Assembly (NCBI GenBank): GCA_963805685.1
Contig: CAWDVM010000012.1
Coordinates: 31,614 to 95,613, forward strand
Length of the DNA stretch: 64,000 bases
Reading direction: 5' to 3'
DNA from: an uncultured Actinomycetota bacterium
Lineage (GTDB): Bacteria > Actinomycetota > Actinomycetes > Propionibacteriales > Nocardioidaceae
The notes below the pieces were generated by a model. The model was not told the origin of the DNA, ran no database searches, and saw only the letters and a program-made list of their open reading frames with translations. Shown here piece by piece: positions 21,162 through 31,009 of this stretch. Both the position numbers and the translations under genes were made by a program. Within the stretch, counting starts at the first letter, position 1. The number at the start of each line of letters is the position of its first letter.

Positions 21162-22603
21162 CAGGCGGCGCCCTGCTCGAGCTCGAGCGGGACGAAGTCG
21201 ACCTTCTCGCGTACGCCGCAGTCCGGGCAGCACCAGGTGGCCGGGATGTCGGCCCAGGCGGTGCCGGCAGCGAACCCCTCGTGCTCGTCGCCGGCGGTCA
21301 CGTCGTACACGTAGCCGCACCCGGGGCAGCGCGCGGCCATCACCTCGGCCGGTGCCGTACCGACGCCGGAGCCGTCGCGGCGACCGGGCCCGGCGTCGGT
21401 GGCCTCGCTCGGCGGGGGGTACTTCGCGAGGATCTTGTCCCGCTTGCGCGGGCTCAGGTTCGCGCGGCGCAGGTCGCCGTCGAAGTGCGCGACCACGCGC
21501 GGGTCCATCACCCGGCGCCAGATCGCGGGCACGATCGCGAGCACGATCATCCCGGCGTACCCGGTCGGCAGCACCGGCGACTCCTCGAAGTCGCGCAGCG
21601 TCTGGTAGCGCCGGGTCGGGTTCGCGTGGTGGTCGCTGTGCCGCTGCAGGTGGTAGAGCAGCACGTTGGTGGCGATGTTGTTGGAGTTCCAGGAGTGCGA
21701 CGGGTCGACCCGCTCGTAGCGCTGCCGCTCACCGACACCGACCTTCTGCCGCAGCATCCCGTAGTGCTCCATGTAGTTGACGACCTCCAGCAGCGAGAAG
21801 CCGACGACCGCCTGGACCACCAGGAAGGGCAGGATCCCGACGCCCAGCCAGGCGACCAGCGCGCCCCACAGCACCGCCGACATCAGCCACGCGTTCAGCA
21901 CGTCGTTGCCGAGCCGGAACGGGTGCTGCTTCCTGCGGGCGTAGCGGCGCTTCTCGAGCTTCCACGCGCTGCGCAGCGACCCGGCCACGGTGCGCGGCCA
22001 GAACTGGTAGAAGCTCTCGCCGAACCGGCTGCTGGCCGGGTCCTCGGGGGTGGCGACGCGCACGTGGTGGCCGCGGTTGTGCTCGATGTAGAAGTGGCCG
22101 TAGAAGCTCTGGGCCAGCGCGATCTTGGACAGCCAGCGCTCGTGGCTCTCCTTCTTGTGGCCGAGCTCGTGGGCGGTGTTGATCCCGATCCCGCCGATGC
22201 AGCCGATCGAGACGGCCAGCCCGAGCTTGTCCAGCGTGGAGAGGTCCGCGCCGCCGCCGATCAACCAGACGGCGCCGACGAACCCGGCGTACTGGATCGG
22301 CAGGAAGAGGTAGGTGATCCACCGGTAGTACCGGTCCTTCTCGAGCGCCTCGATCACGTCGTCGGGCGGGTTGGAGCGGTCCAGCCCCGCGACCAGGTCG
22401 ATGGCGGGGACGACCACCAGGATCACGATCGGGCCGATCCAGAGCCACACGCCCCACCCGGTCAGCGTCCAGAGCCCGTAGCCGATGAAGGCCAGCGACG
22501 GCACCACCAGGCCGATCAGCCACAGGTAGCGCTTCTTGTCCCGCCACCCCTCGGTCGAACCACTCGGGACCGTGCTGTTCGCGACCGAAGTCGTCGGAGT
22601 CAT
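21161..22603 (-). CDS. alkB: Alkane 1-monooxygenase with C-terminal rubredoxin fusion
   Basis: His boxes HELGHKK, EHNRGHH, NYMEHYG, LQRHSDHHA; C-terminal CPGCGYVYD...WCCPDCGVREKVDF. Confidence 0.95.
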   Translation of the reverse strand: MTPTTSVANSTVPSGSTEGWRDKKRYLWLIGLVVPSLAFIGYGLWTLTGWGVWLWIGPIVILVVVPAIDLVAGLDRSNPPDDVIEALEKDRYYRWITYLFLPIQYAGFVGAVWLIGGGADLSTLDKLGLAVSIGCIGGIGINTAHELGHKKESHERWLSKIALAQSFYGHFYIEHNRGHHVRVATPEDPASSRFGESFYQFWPRTVAGSLRSAWKLEKRRYARRKQHPFRLGNDVLNAWLMSAVLWGALVAWLGVGILPFLVVQAVVGFSLLEVVNYMEHYGMLRQKVGVGERQRYERVDPSHSWNSNNIATNVLLYHLQRHSDHHANPTRRYQTLRDFEESPVLPTGYAGMIVLAIVPAIWRRVMDPRVVAHFDGDLRRANLSPRKRDKILAKYPPPSEATDAGPGRRDGSGVGTAPAEVMAARCPGCGYVYDVTAGDEHEGFAAGTAWADIPATWCCPDCGVREKVDFVPLELEQGAA

Positions 22604-22634
22604 CGCGGGACCTTCCTGCCGAGACGTCAGAACC

Positions 22635-22695
22635 AGGGTTTACATGACCATAGGGTTTGTAAACCCTCGTTGACAAGAGGGGTCGGGATGTAAAC
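22635..22695. promoter_or_regulatory. Two tandem inverted-repeat operators upstream of alkB (putative TetR/AlkX sites)
   Basis: AGGGTTTACA-N13-TGTAAACCCT (22635-22667) and GTTGACA-N13-TGTAAAC (22669-22695). Confidence 0.7.
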
Positions 22696-22696
22696 C

Positions 22697-23275
22697 TCAG
22701 TGGATCGTCAGCCGGGTGCCGTGCGGGCGGTACTTCTTCGTGGTGCAGACCCGGGCGTCGAGACGCAGCACGTAGTGGCCCGGCAGCCCGGCGATGCTGA
22801 CCCGGAAACCTGTGGCCGGGCGCGGACGGCACTGCCGCTTGGGAACCGGTCCCGGGTCGACCCAGGAGAGCACCGACCGCGCGGTCCGCCCGGCGCGGAT
22901 CACCACCGGCGCCTTGTCCGGGTCGTAGCCCGGGTTCCGCGCCGAGCGGTGGCCGAGGAGACCGTCGCCGTCGAAGAACCGGTACCGGGTCCACCCCGGC
23001 GTCGAGCACGCCCGGCTCCCCTCGTTGGTCACCCGGACCGTCTGGAAGCGCGACCCCGCGGCGCCCTCGAGCCGCCCCTTCCTCACGTTGATCACGGGCA
23101 CCGTGCACGGGTGCACGGCTCGGGCGTACGCCGTGGGCGCACTGCCCGCCCGCCCCGTCCCCGAGGCGGTCGCACCGGCCGACGTGCCCCACGTCGTCGT
23201 GCCCGCCACCATCGCGCCCGACACCATCAGGGCCAGCGCCGCCAGGAGCCCGGCCCGGGAACGCGTCGTACTCAT
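22697..23275 (-). CDS. Secreted DUF4232-like protein
   Basis: Signal peptide MSTTRSRAGLLAALAL; EGAAGSRFQTVRVTNEGSRAC; four Cys residues. Confidence 0.6.
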   Translation of the reverse strand: MSTTRSRAGLLAALALMVSGAMVAGTTTWGTSAGATASGTGRAGSAPTAYARAVHPCTVPVINVRKGRLEGAAGSRFQTVRVTNEGSRACSTPGWTRYRFFDGDGLLGHRSARNPGYDPDKAPVVIRAGRTARSVLSWVDPGPVPKRQCRPRPATGFRVSIAGLPGHYVLRLDARVCTTKKYRPHGTRLTIH

Positions 23276-23380
23276 CGTGGTCTCCCCTCCGGCCCGGTCG
23301 GGCCGCCATCCTTCAGGCAAGCACGACCGGATCCGCGAGGACAGTTGCCTTGGTCCCCTCGATCCCGTGAGATGGGGCCT

Positions 23381-24142
23381 GTGACGACCAGCGACCACCC
23401 GGTGGGCATCGACTTCGGCGGGACCGGCATCAAGGGCGCGCCCGTGGACCTCGCGGCCGGCGACTTCGCGGCCGAGCGCGAGCGGGTGCCGACCCCGCGC
23501 CCCTCGGCCCCGGACGCGGTGGCGGCGGTCTTCGAGGACCTGCTGGCCCGGTTCCCCGACTGCCACGGCGCGGTCGGGGTGACCGTCCCCGGCGTGGTCC
23601 ACCACGGCGTGGTGCACACGGCCGCCAACATCGACCGCGCGTGGATCGGCACCGACGCCGACGCCCTCTTCACGAAGGCGACCGGGCGCGACGTGCACGT
23701 GGTCAACGACGCGGACGCGGCCGGCCTGGCCGAGGTGCGGTACGGCGCGGCGAAGGGCCGCAAGGGCCTGGTCATCGTGACGACGCTCGGCACCGGCATC
23801 GGCTCGGCGATGGTGTACGACGGGGTGCTGGTGCCGAACTCCGAGCTCGGCCACCTCGAGATCGACGGCAAGGTCGCGGAGACCCGGGCGGCCAACAGCG
23901 TCCGCGAGGCCGAGGACCTGTCCTGGGAGAAGTGGGCCAAGCGGCTGACGACGTACTACCGGACCCTGGAGAAGCTCTTCTCCCCGGAGCTCTTCGTGGT
24001 GGGCGGCGGCGTCAGCAAGAAGGCCGACAACTTCCTGCCGCTGCTCGACCTCGACACCGAGATCGTGCCCGCCACCCTGCTCAACAAGGCCGGGGTGGTC
24101 GGCGCCGCCCTCTACGCCGCGGAGGAGTCCGGGACGGCCTGA
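23381..24142 (+). CDS. ppgK: Polyphosphate/ATP glucokinase (ROK family)
   Basis: GIDFGGTGIKGAPVD, VNDADAAGLAE, TLGTGIGSA, PNSELGHLE. Confidence 0.9.
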   Translation: MTTSDHPVGIDFGGTGIKGAPVDLAAGDFAAERERVPTPRPSAPDAVAAVFEDLLARFPDCHGAVGVTVPGVVHHGVVHTAANIDRAWIGTDADALFTKATGRDVHVVNDADAAGLAEVRYGAAKGRKGLVIVTTLGTGIGSAMVYDGVLVPNSELGHLEIDGKVAETRAANSVREAEDLSWEKWAKRLTTYYRTLEKLFSPELFVVGGGVSKKADNFLPLLDLDTEIVPATLLNKAGVVGAALYAAEESGTA

Positions 24143-24166
24143 GCCTGGATCCAGGCTGAGCGGGCC

Positions 24167-24604
24167 TCAGGCCTCGGACTCCGCGAGCGCCTTGAGCCTG
24201 GCCATCGCGTCGAGCGTCTGCTTCGGCAGCGCGCGCCTGATCATCGGCGTGAACAGCTTGCCGATCCCCTTGGTCTTGATGTCGATCTCGTGGGTGAGGG
24301 AGGTCTGGTCTCCCATCACCGCCGTCCGGAAGTCGACGGTCACGTCGGTCATCTTGTCCACGAAGTGCAGCGTGAGGCGGCTGTCCTGCTCCCGCTCCGC
24401 GACCTCGCCGTCCATCGTCCCGGACCGGCGCCCGTCCCGGTAGTGGTACCGGATCGGGGTTCCCACGTGGTTGGGCCCGTCCTCCAGCTTGTCGATGCCG
24501 GTGCAGCGCGTCAGCCACTCGGGCGTGCGGTCGAAGTTGTCGAGGATGGCGAAGACCGCGCTCGGGGGCGCGGCGACGGTCTCGGTGTGCGCGTAGCTGG
24601 GCAT
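24167..24604 (-). CDS. SRPBCC (START/polyketide cyclase-like) protein
   Basis: VAAPPSAVFAIL...PEW; C-terminal MARLKALAE. Confidence 0.75.
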   Translation of the reverse strand: MPSYAHTETVAAPPSAVFAILDNFDRTPEWLTRCTGIDKLEDGPNHVGTPIRYHYRDGRRSGTMDGEVAEREQDSRLTLHFVDKMTDVTVDFRTAVMGDQTSLTHEIDIKTKGIGKLFTPMIRRALPKQTLDAMARLKALAESEA

Positions 24605-24635
24605 GCGCCCAGTGTGGCGGGTCCGGCCCCGCGAG

Positions 24636-26015
24636 TCAGTCCGCCGTGCCGCGGATGGCGGCGGCGACCGCCTTCGGCACGTCGGGGTGGAACACGGTCG
24701 GGATGATGAAGTTCGGGTTCAGCTCGTCGTCCTTGACCACGAGCGCGATCGCCTCGGCCGCGCGCAGCAGCATCTCCACGGTGATCTCGTGCGCCCGCGC
24801 GTCGAGCAGGCCGCGGAAGACCCCCGGGAAGGCCAGCACGTTGTTGATCTGGTTGGGGTAGTCCGAGCGCCCGCTCGCCACCACGGCGGCGTACTTCTCC
24901 GCCTCGGCCGGGTCGACCTCCGGGTCGGGGTTGGCCAGCGCGAAGACGACGGCGTCCTCGGCCATGTCGCTGATCCACTCGGCCTTGAGCACCCCCGGCG
25001 CGCTGACCCCGATGAAGACGTCGGCGCCGGCGAGCACGCTGTGCAGGTCTCCGCGGACCCGGCGCGGGTTGGTGGCCTCGGCCAGCTGCCGGTGCGCGGG
25101 GGCGAGCGTGTCGTCGTCGGCGGACAGGGCCCCGGCCCGGTCGACGACCACCACGTCGGTGACGCCGGCGGCGAGCAGCAGCGTGACGATGGCCGTGCCG
25201 GCCGCCCCACCGCCCGACACCACCACGCGGACCTCGGACAGGTTCTTCTTCACCACGCGCAGCGCGTTGGTCAGCGCCGCCAGCACCACGATGGCGGTGC
25301 CGTGCTGGTCGTCGTGGAAGACCGGGATGTCGAGGCTCTCCCGCAGCCGGCGCTCGATCTCGAAGCACCGCGGCGCCGCGATGTCCTCGAGGTTGATGCC
25401 GCCGAAGCCGGGGGCGATCATCTCGACCGCGCGCACGATCTCGTCGGTGTCCTGGGTGTCCAGGCAGATCGGCCAGGCGTCGATGCCGGCGAACCGCTTG
25501 AACAGCGCCGCCTTGCCCTCCATCACCGGCATGGCCGCGCCGGGGCCGATGTTGCCGAGCCCGAGGACCGCCGAGCCGTCGGTGACGACGGCCACCGTGT
25601 TGCCCTTGCTGGTCAGCCGCCAGACGTCCTCGGGGTGCTCGGCGATCGCCATGCTCACCCGCCCGACGCCCGGCGTGTAGGCCATCGAGAGGTCGTCGCG
25701 GTTGCGCAGCGGCACCTTGGAGGTGACCTCGATCTTGCCGCCGAGATGGAGCAGGAAGGTCCGGTCGCTCGTCTTGTAGACGTGCACGCCCGCGACCTTG
25801 TCGACCGCCGTCTCGAGCTCGTGGGCGTGGTCGGCGTCGCTGGCCGAGCAGGTCACGTCGACCACCAGCCGCTCGTGGCTCGACTCCGCCACGTCGATGG
25901 CGGTCACGATCCCGCCCGCCTGCGCGATCGCCGTGGCGACCGCGCCCACCACCCCGTGGTCGGGCGCCGTGTGCAGGCGCATGGTGATCGAGTACGACGA
26001 GGTGGTGGCGGCCAT
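24636..26015 (-). CDS. NAD(P)-dependent malic enzyme with N-terminal ACT domain
   Basis: [44 protein letters not shown]. Confidence 0.93.
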   Translation of the reverse strand: MAATTSSYSITMRLHTAPDHGVVGAVATAIAQAGGIVTAIDVAESSHERLVVDVTCSASDADHAHELETAVDKVAGVHVYKTSDRTFLLHLGGKIEVTSKVPLRNRDDLSMAYTPGVGRVSMAIAEHPEDVWRLTSKGNTVAVVTDGSAVLGLGNIGPGAAMPVMEGKAALFKRFAGIDAWPICLDTQDTDEIVRAVEMIAPGFGGINLEDIAAPRCFEIERRLRESLDIPVFHDDQHGTAIVVLAALTNALRVVKKNLSEVRVVVSGGGAAGTAIVTLLLAAGVTDVVVVDRAGALSADDDTLAPAHRQLAEATNPRRVRGDLHSVLAGADVFIGVSAPGVLKAEWISDMAEDAVVFALANPDPEVDPAEAEKYAAVVASGRSDYPNQINNVLAFPGVFRGLLDARAHEITVEMLLRAAEAIALVVKDDELNPNFIIPTVFHPDVPKAVAAAIRGTAD

Positions 26016-26105
26016 GGTCGAACCTTCCTCCGAGCCCGGGGTTACGTTCAAGTCACCTTCGACCGCAACGACCGAAACCGGCACGCGGGACTCGGCGCGC
26101 CGGGG

Positions 26106-26576
26106 TCAGCGGGCGACGCCGAGGTGGTCGAGCAGGTTGTGGGAGAACCGCTGGCCCATCGTCGCCATCACACCCTTCATCGCGGTCCTCACGGCCGGGG
26201 ACGAGACCCGCGGCAGCGGCAGCTCCACGGCGACCTCGAGGCTGGTGGCCAGGTGGGTGCCTCCGTCGGTGTCGGAGAGGTCGTACCAGCCGTGCACCCC
26301 GGTGCGCTCCTGCCTCCCGGCCGGCGGGTCGTGGCGGAACTCGATGCGCTCGAGGTCGGTGAAGGTCATCCGCTCGGTGAACGCCGAGGCGACACCGACG
26401 CCCAGCACCTCCAGGCTCGTCATCTCCCAGAGCCAGTGCTCGCCCTCGGCCTCGATGCTCTTCACGAACGGGGTCATCCGGGCCACCAGAGCGGGGTCGG
26501 TCAGCGCCGCCCAGATCTCGTCGCGCCCGGCCCGCACCACGGCCGTGGCCTCGGTGCGGGCGGCGAAGCGGTTCAT
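26106..26576 (-). CDS. SRPBCC/CoxG-like protein
   Basis: IWAALTDP...MTPFV; ATGA-type coupling absent but start overlaps the end of the peroxidase gene. Confidence 0.7.
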   Translation of the reverse strand: MNRFAARTEATAVVRAGRDEIWAALTDPALVARMTPFVKSIEAEGEHWLWEMTSLEVLGVGVASAFTERMTFTDLERIEFRHDPPAGRQERTGVHGWYDLSDTDGGTHLATSLEVAVELPLPRVSSPAVRTAMKGVMATMGQRFSHNLLDHLGVAR

Positions 26577-27073
26577 GCCGCCTCTTCGCCGGTCCGCTCG
26601 AGCGCGGACTCGATGTCGGCGGCGATCTTCTCGGGTGCGGTGGTCGGCCCGTACCGCTTGACCACCCGGCCACGGCGGTCGACCAGGAACTTGGTGAAGT
26701 TCCACTTGATGCGGCTGCCGAGCAGGCCACCCTTCTCCGAGCGCAGCCACTGGAAGAGCGGGTGCGCGCCGTCACCGTTCACCTCGACCTTGGCGAAGAG
26801 CGGGAAGCTCACCCCGAAGCGGCGCTCGCAGAACGAGGCGATCTCGGCCTCGCTCCCCGGCTCCTGGCCGCCGAACTGGTCGCACGGGAAGCCCAGCACG
26901 CTGAAACCGCGGTCGCCATGGGCGTCGTGGAGCTCCTGCAGCCCCTGGTACTGGGGGGTGAACCCGCACTGGGAGGCGGTGTTGACGACCAGGACGACCT
27001 GACCGGAGTAGTCCCCGAGGTCGACCTGCTCACCGTCGATGCTGCGCGCGTGGAAGTCGGAGAGGGTCGGCAT
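26573..27073 (-). CDS. Glutathione peroxidase family protein (Cys type)
   Basis: VNTASQCGFTPQY, GFPCDQFGGQEP, IKWNFTKFL. Confidence 0.93.
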   Translation of the reverse strand: MPTLSDFHARSIDGEQVDLGDYSGQVVLVVNTASQCGFTPQYQGLQELHDAHGDRGFSVLGFPCDQFGGQEPGSEAEIASFCERRFGVSFPLFAKVEVNGDGAHPLFQWLRSEKGGLLGSRIKWNFTKFLVDRRGRVVKRYGPTTAPEKIAADIESALERTGEEAA

Positions 27074-27243
27074 GACCTCGAGTGTGGCAAAGGGCTGGTC
27101 AAGCGTCCGTGACCACGATCACGGGAAGAAAATCGGCTGGGAAATGTTTCAGCCTGCTGCGTTTCGAGCACGTTCCTGTTACGCGGAGCCGGTTCGACCG
27201 TCCAGCCTGGCCGGCTCCACAACAACGGAGGAGCAGACCCGAG

Positions 27244-27438
27244 ATGTCGTTCGTCGCCGTGTTCACCGCCAGTGCCATGAGCTTCACGCTTCTCGTCCCG
27301 ATCCTGATGGTCGTGGTCCTGCTCGCCTACGGAGCACCGAGCCGACGTGCGGTCCCCGTGAAGTCCGACCCCATGGAGAGCCGCGCCTCGCGTGGCGGGG
27401 CGGACCACGGGGCCGACGTCAGCCGTCTCGCCGCCTGA
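27244..27438 (+). CDS. Small (64 aa) single-TM hypothetical protein
   Basis: Strong SD GGAGGAG upstream; hydrophobic FTLLVPILMVVVLLAY segment. Confidence 0.45.
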   Translation: MSFVAVFTASAMSFTLLVPILMVVVLLAYGAPSRRAVPVKSDPMESRASRGGADHGADVSRLAA

Positions 27439-28705
27439 CCTCCGGCCGCCTGAGCACCACCAGCAGCAGCACCAGCGACGCGGCCTGACAGGCCCCGATC
27501 ACCAGCACCAGGTCCAGCCGGCCTCCGTCGTAGAGGGCGCCCGCGAGCAGGCCTCCCGCCAGCGCCGCGGCGCCCTGGAAGGCCGCGAACACGCCGTACG
27601 CCGTGGCGAGCCGCGCGGACGGCACCAGGTCGGCCACCAGCGCCTTGACCGTCGAGTCCTGGACTCCCACCGCCGCGCCCCACACGAGCACCCCGGCCAG
27701 GGCCACGCCCAGCCGGTCGGCCAGGGACAGCAGCGGCACCAGCGCCACCAGGAACGGCAGCACCAGCAGCACCCGCGCCCCCACCCGGTCGTAGGCGAAC
27801 CCGGTCGCGAGCGCGGAGACCGCCTCGACCGCCATCGCCACCGCGTAGACCACCGGCACCAGGGCCGGGCGCACCAGCCCCGCGTCGCTGAGGTGGAAGC
27901 CGATCAGGCCGAAGGTCATCAGCCCCAGCGTGCTCGCGGCGCACGAGATCGCGAAGAGGTGGAAGTCGCGCGGCAGCCGCCGCCGCACCTCGACCCGCGC
28001 GGTGGTTCCGGCGCTCGCGGGCGGGGCTCCCGCCGGCTCGGCGCGGCTCACCGGCGGCTCGGGCTCGTCGTACACCCGCATGTCGGGGACCCGGTGCCGG
28101 ATCACGAACAGCAGCACCATCGCCACCGCCCCCGGGACCGCGAGCGTCGCGAGGCCGGCCCAGGTGTGCGTCGTGAGGGCGATCACCCCGGCGACCAGCA
28201 GCGGGCCGGCGAACGCGCCGACCTGGTCCAGCGCCTTGTGGACCGCGAAGCCCTTGCCGCGACCGACCGACCGCGCGGCGTGCGCGAGCAGCGCCGACTT
28301 CGAGGGGCTGCGGACGGCCTTGCCGGTCCGCTCCAGCAGCACCATCGTGGCGCCGAAGGCGAGCCCGGCACCACCGAGGAACGGCGCGACCGCCATCAGC
28401 GGCACACACACGGCGGTCATCGCGTAGCCCACGATCGTCAGCGGCCAGTAGGCGCCGCTGCGGTCGGCGAGCGGACCGGACACCAGCCGCAGCACCAGGG
28501 CGGCGGCCTCGCCGGCACCGGTCACCACGCCGACCACCAGCGCGGAGGCGCCGAGGCCCGCGAGATAGGGGCCGGTGATCGCGCGGGCACCCTCGTAGAC
28601 CATGTCGGCGGACAGGCTGACGATGCCGAACCAGACCACCGTGCGCCACGGCGACCAGGCCGGGACCCTGGCCGGCTGTGGGGCCGGCTGCTGGGTCGTC
28701 TTCAT
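27419..28705 (-). CDS. MFS transporter
   Basis: SLSADMVYEGAR, LERTGKAVRSP, HKALDQVGA; about 12 hydrophobic segments. Confidence 0.88.
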   Translation of the reverse strand: MKTTQQPAPQPARVPAWSPWRTVVWFGIVSLSADMVYEGARAITGPYLAGLGASALVVGVVTGAGEAAALVLRLVSGPLADRSGAYWPLTIVGYAMTAVCVPLMAVAPFLGGAGLAFGATMVLLERTGKAVRSPSKSALLAHAARSVGRGKGFAVHKALDQVGAFAGPLLVAGVIALTTHTWAGLATLAVPGAVAMVLLFVIRHRVPDMRVYDEPEPPVSRAEPAGAPPASAGTTARVEVRRRLPRDFHLFAISCAASTLGLMTFGLIGFHLSDAGLVRPALVPVVYAVAMAVEAVSALATGFAYDRVGARVLLVLPFLVALVPLLSLADRLGVALAGVLVWGAAVGVQDSTVKALVADLVPSARLATAYGVFAAFQGAAALAGGLLAGALYDGGRLDLVLVIGACQAASLVLLLVVLRRPEVRRRDG

Positions 28706-28717
28706 CGGGCGTTCACG
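28701..28717. promoter_or_regulatory. 11-bp-period direct-repeat box (OmpR/PhoP-type) between the MFS and response regulator genes
   Basis: TTCATCGGGCGTTCACG, 16/17 identical to 30945-30961. Confidence 0.6.
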
Positions 28718-28759
28718 CACCGGACGCTACCGTCGAGCCGTGACACCGCAGGCACTGCC

Positions 28760-29467
28760 GTGAAGGTGCTCGTCGCCGAGGACGAGCCGCGCCTCGCCGC
28801 GTTGCTCGAGCAGTCCCTGGCCGAGGTCGGCTGGGAGGTCGACGTCGTGACGGACGGCCGTGCGGCCTACGGGGCAGCGCTCGGGGACGCGGCGTACGAC
28901 GTGCTGCTCCTCGACTGGATGCTGCCGGGCCTCGAGGGCGTGACCGTGTGCCGTCGGCTGCGGGAGGTCGGCGTCCGCACCCCGGTGCTGATGCTCACCG
29001 CGCGGACCACGGTGCCGGACCGGGTCGCGGGCCTCGAGGCCGGCGCCGACGACTACCTGCTCAAGCCCTTCGACCTCGACGAGCTGATCGCGCGGCTGCG
29101 CGCGCTGCACCGGCGGGCCGTGGGCGACGACGACCAGCCGCTGCGCGTGGGCGACCTGGTGCTGGACCCGGCCGCCCGGCGTACGACGCGGGGCGGGGTG
29201 GAGATCGAGCTGTCCGCCCGCGAGTTCGACATCCTGCGGCTGCTGATGGAGCGGACCGGCCGGCTGGTCACCCGGTTCACGATCCTCGACGAGGTCTGGG
29301 ACGGCGACACCGACCTCAAGAGCAACGTGATCGACGTGCACGTGGCGAGCCTCCGGTCCAAGATCGACCGGCCGTTCGGGACCAGCACCATCACGACGCT
29401 GCGGGGAGCCGGCTACCGGATCGACGCCGCGGGCGACGTGCCCGCTCCGGACAGCACGGCCCCGTGA
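28760..29467 (+). CDS. OmpR-family response regulator
   Basis: VLVAEDE, LLDWMLP, GADDYLLKPF, SNVIDVHVASLRSKID, TLRGAGY. Confidence 0.93.
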   Translation: MKVLVAEDEPRLAALLEQSLAEVGWEVDVVTDGRAAYGAALGDAAYDVLLLDWMLPGLEGVTVCRRLREVGVRTPVLMLTARTTVPDRVAGLEAGADDYLLKPFDLDELIARLRALHRRAVGDDDQPLRVGDLVLDPAARRTTRGGVEIELSAREFDILRLLMERTGRLVTRFTILDEVWDGDTDLKSNVIDVHVASLRSKIDRPFGTSTITTLRGAGYRIDAAGDVPAPDSTAP

Positions 29468-30937
29468 GCCCGACCACCACGCGAAGCCGCCTGCAGCGCC
29501 GACTCTCGCGGCTGCCGCTGCGGGTCCGGCTGGTGGCCGGCTTCTCGGCCACGATGCTCCTCGTCCTCACCGCCGCCGGCGCGTTCGTCTACTGGCGGGT
29601 GCAGTTCGCGCTGGACCGGCAGCTCGACGGCGACCTGACCACCGACACCCGGCTGCTCACCCCGCTGGTCGAGCCGGGCGGCACCCTGGTGCCCGACGTC
29701 AGCCAGGTCGTCGGCGAGCGAGCTCTACCAGGTGCTCGACCGCGACGGGCACGTGATCTCGGCCAGCCCGACGCTGACGGCGAGGCCGCTGGTGTCGCCC
29801 GCGACGACCCGCCAGGCGCTCGAGAGCCCGGTCCGCGAGGACATCGGGGCCCTGCTCCCCACGACCCAGGACCCGCTGCGGGTCCAGGCCACCGCGCTCC
29901 CCGACGCGGAGCACCAGAAGGCCGCGGTGCTGGTGGTCGCCGTACGCCGGGAACATCGCGACGAGGCCCTGCTCGAGCTGCTCGGCCAGCTGGCGGCCGC
30001 CGGCCTCGGCGCGCTGCTCGTCACCGCGCTCGTCGGGGACCTGCTGGCCCGCTTCGCGCTGCGGCCGGTCGAGCGGTACCGCGCCCAGGCCGCCGACATC
30101 GTCGGCGGCGCCACCGGGGTCCGGCTGGAGGTGCCACCGGACCGGCACGACGAGGTGACCCGGCTCGGCGACACCCTCAACGCCATGCTCGACGCGCTGG
30201 AGGAGGCCGTCGAGCGCGAGCGACGGTTCGTCAACGACGCCAGCCACGAGCTGCGCACCCCGCTGACCCTGCTGACCACCCGGCTCCAGCTCGCGCGGCG
30301 CCGGACCCGCACGGTCGCCGAGCACGAGGCGGTGCTCGCCGAGATCGAGACCGACGTGGTCCGGCTGGTGCAGCTGGCCGACCACCTCCTCGACGTCGGC
30401 CACGACCAGCGGGTCGACGAGGGCGGCTGCGACCTCGCCACCGTCGCCGCCGCCGAGGTGGCCCGGCGCAACGCCGTCGCCCGCGCCACCGGGCACGGGG
30501 ACTCGGCCGTCGCGCTGACCGCGCACGAGGCGCCGGTCGCGCTCTCCGAGGCGGCCGCCGGCCAGCTGGTCGGCAACCTGCTCGACAACGCCCTCAAGCA
30601 CGGGGCACCACCGGTCCGCGTGGCGGTCGACCGCGCCGACGGATGGGGGCGGCTCGTCGTCACCGACGCCGGCCCGGGCATGGACGCCGAGCTGCTCGCC
30701 ACCGCCACCCGGCGGTTCACCCGGGCGGCCAGCTCGCGCTCGCGTGAGGGGTTCGGCCTCGGTCTGTCCCTCGTGGAGAGCCTGGCCACGCGGGCCGGCG
30801 GGGAGCTGCGGCTCTGCTCCGGCGGGCACCACCAGCGGTACGGCGCCGCGCCGACCGCCTCCCCTCCGAACGCCACCGAGGTGCCCTGCCGGCACGACGG
30901 TGCGATGACCGTCACGGTGCTGCTGCCGGCCGACTGA
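29464..30937 (+). CDS. Sensor histidine kinase (TM-HAMP-HisKA-HATPase); +1 frameshift near 29716
   Basis: N-terminal LRVRLVAGF TM segment in one frame; DASHELRTPL, NLLDNALKH, DAGPG, GFGLGL in the next frame. Confidence 0.87.
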
Positions 30938-30944
30938 CCCGGAC

Positions 30945-30971
30945 TTCATCGGGCTTTCACGTTGCGTTCAT
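30945..30971. promoter_or_regulatory. Three TTCA(T/C) direct repeats at 11-bp spacing upstream of the DUF4956 gene
   Basis: TTCAT 30945, TTCAC 30956, TTCAT 30967. Confidence 0.62.
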
Positions 30972-31009
30972 AACGTCGTCGCCGTCCTGTCCGGCGAAAG
31001 GCGTCCCCC

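Noticed and set aside
26573-27073. Selenocysteine glutathione peroxidase
   Set aside because: The active-site codon is TGC (Cys); no in-frame TGA.
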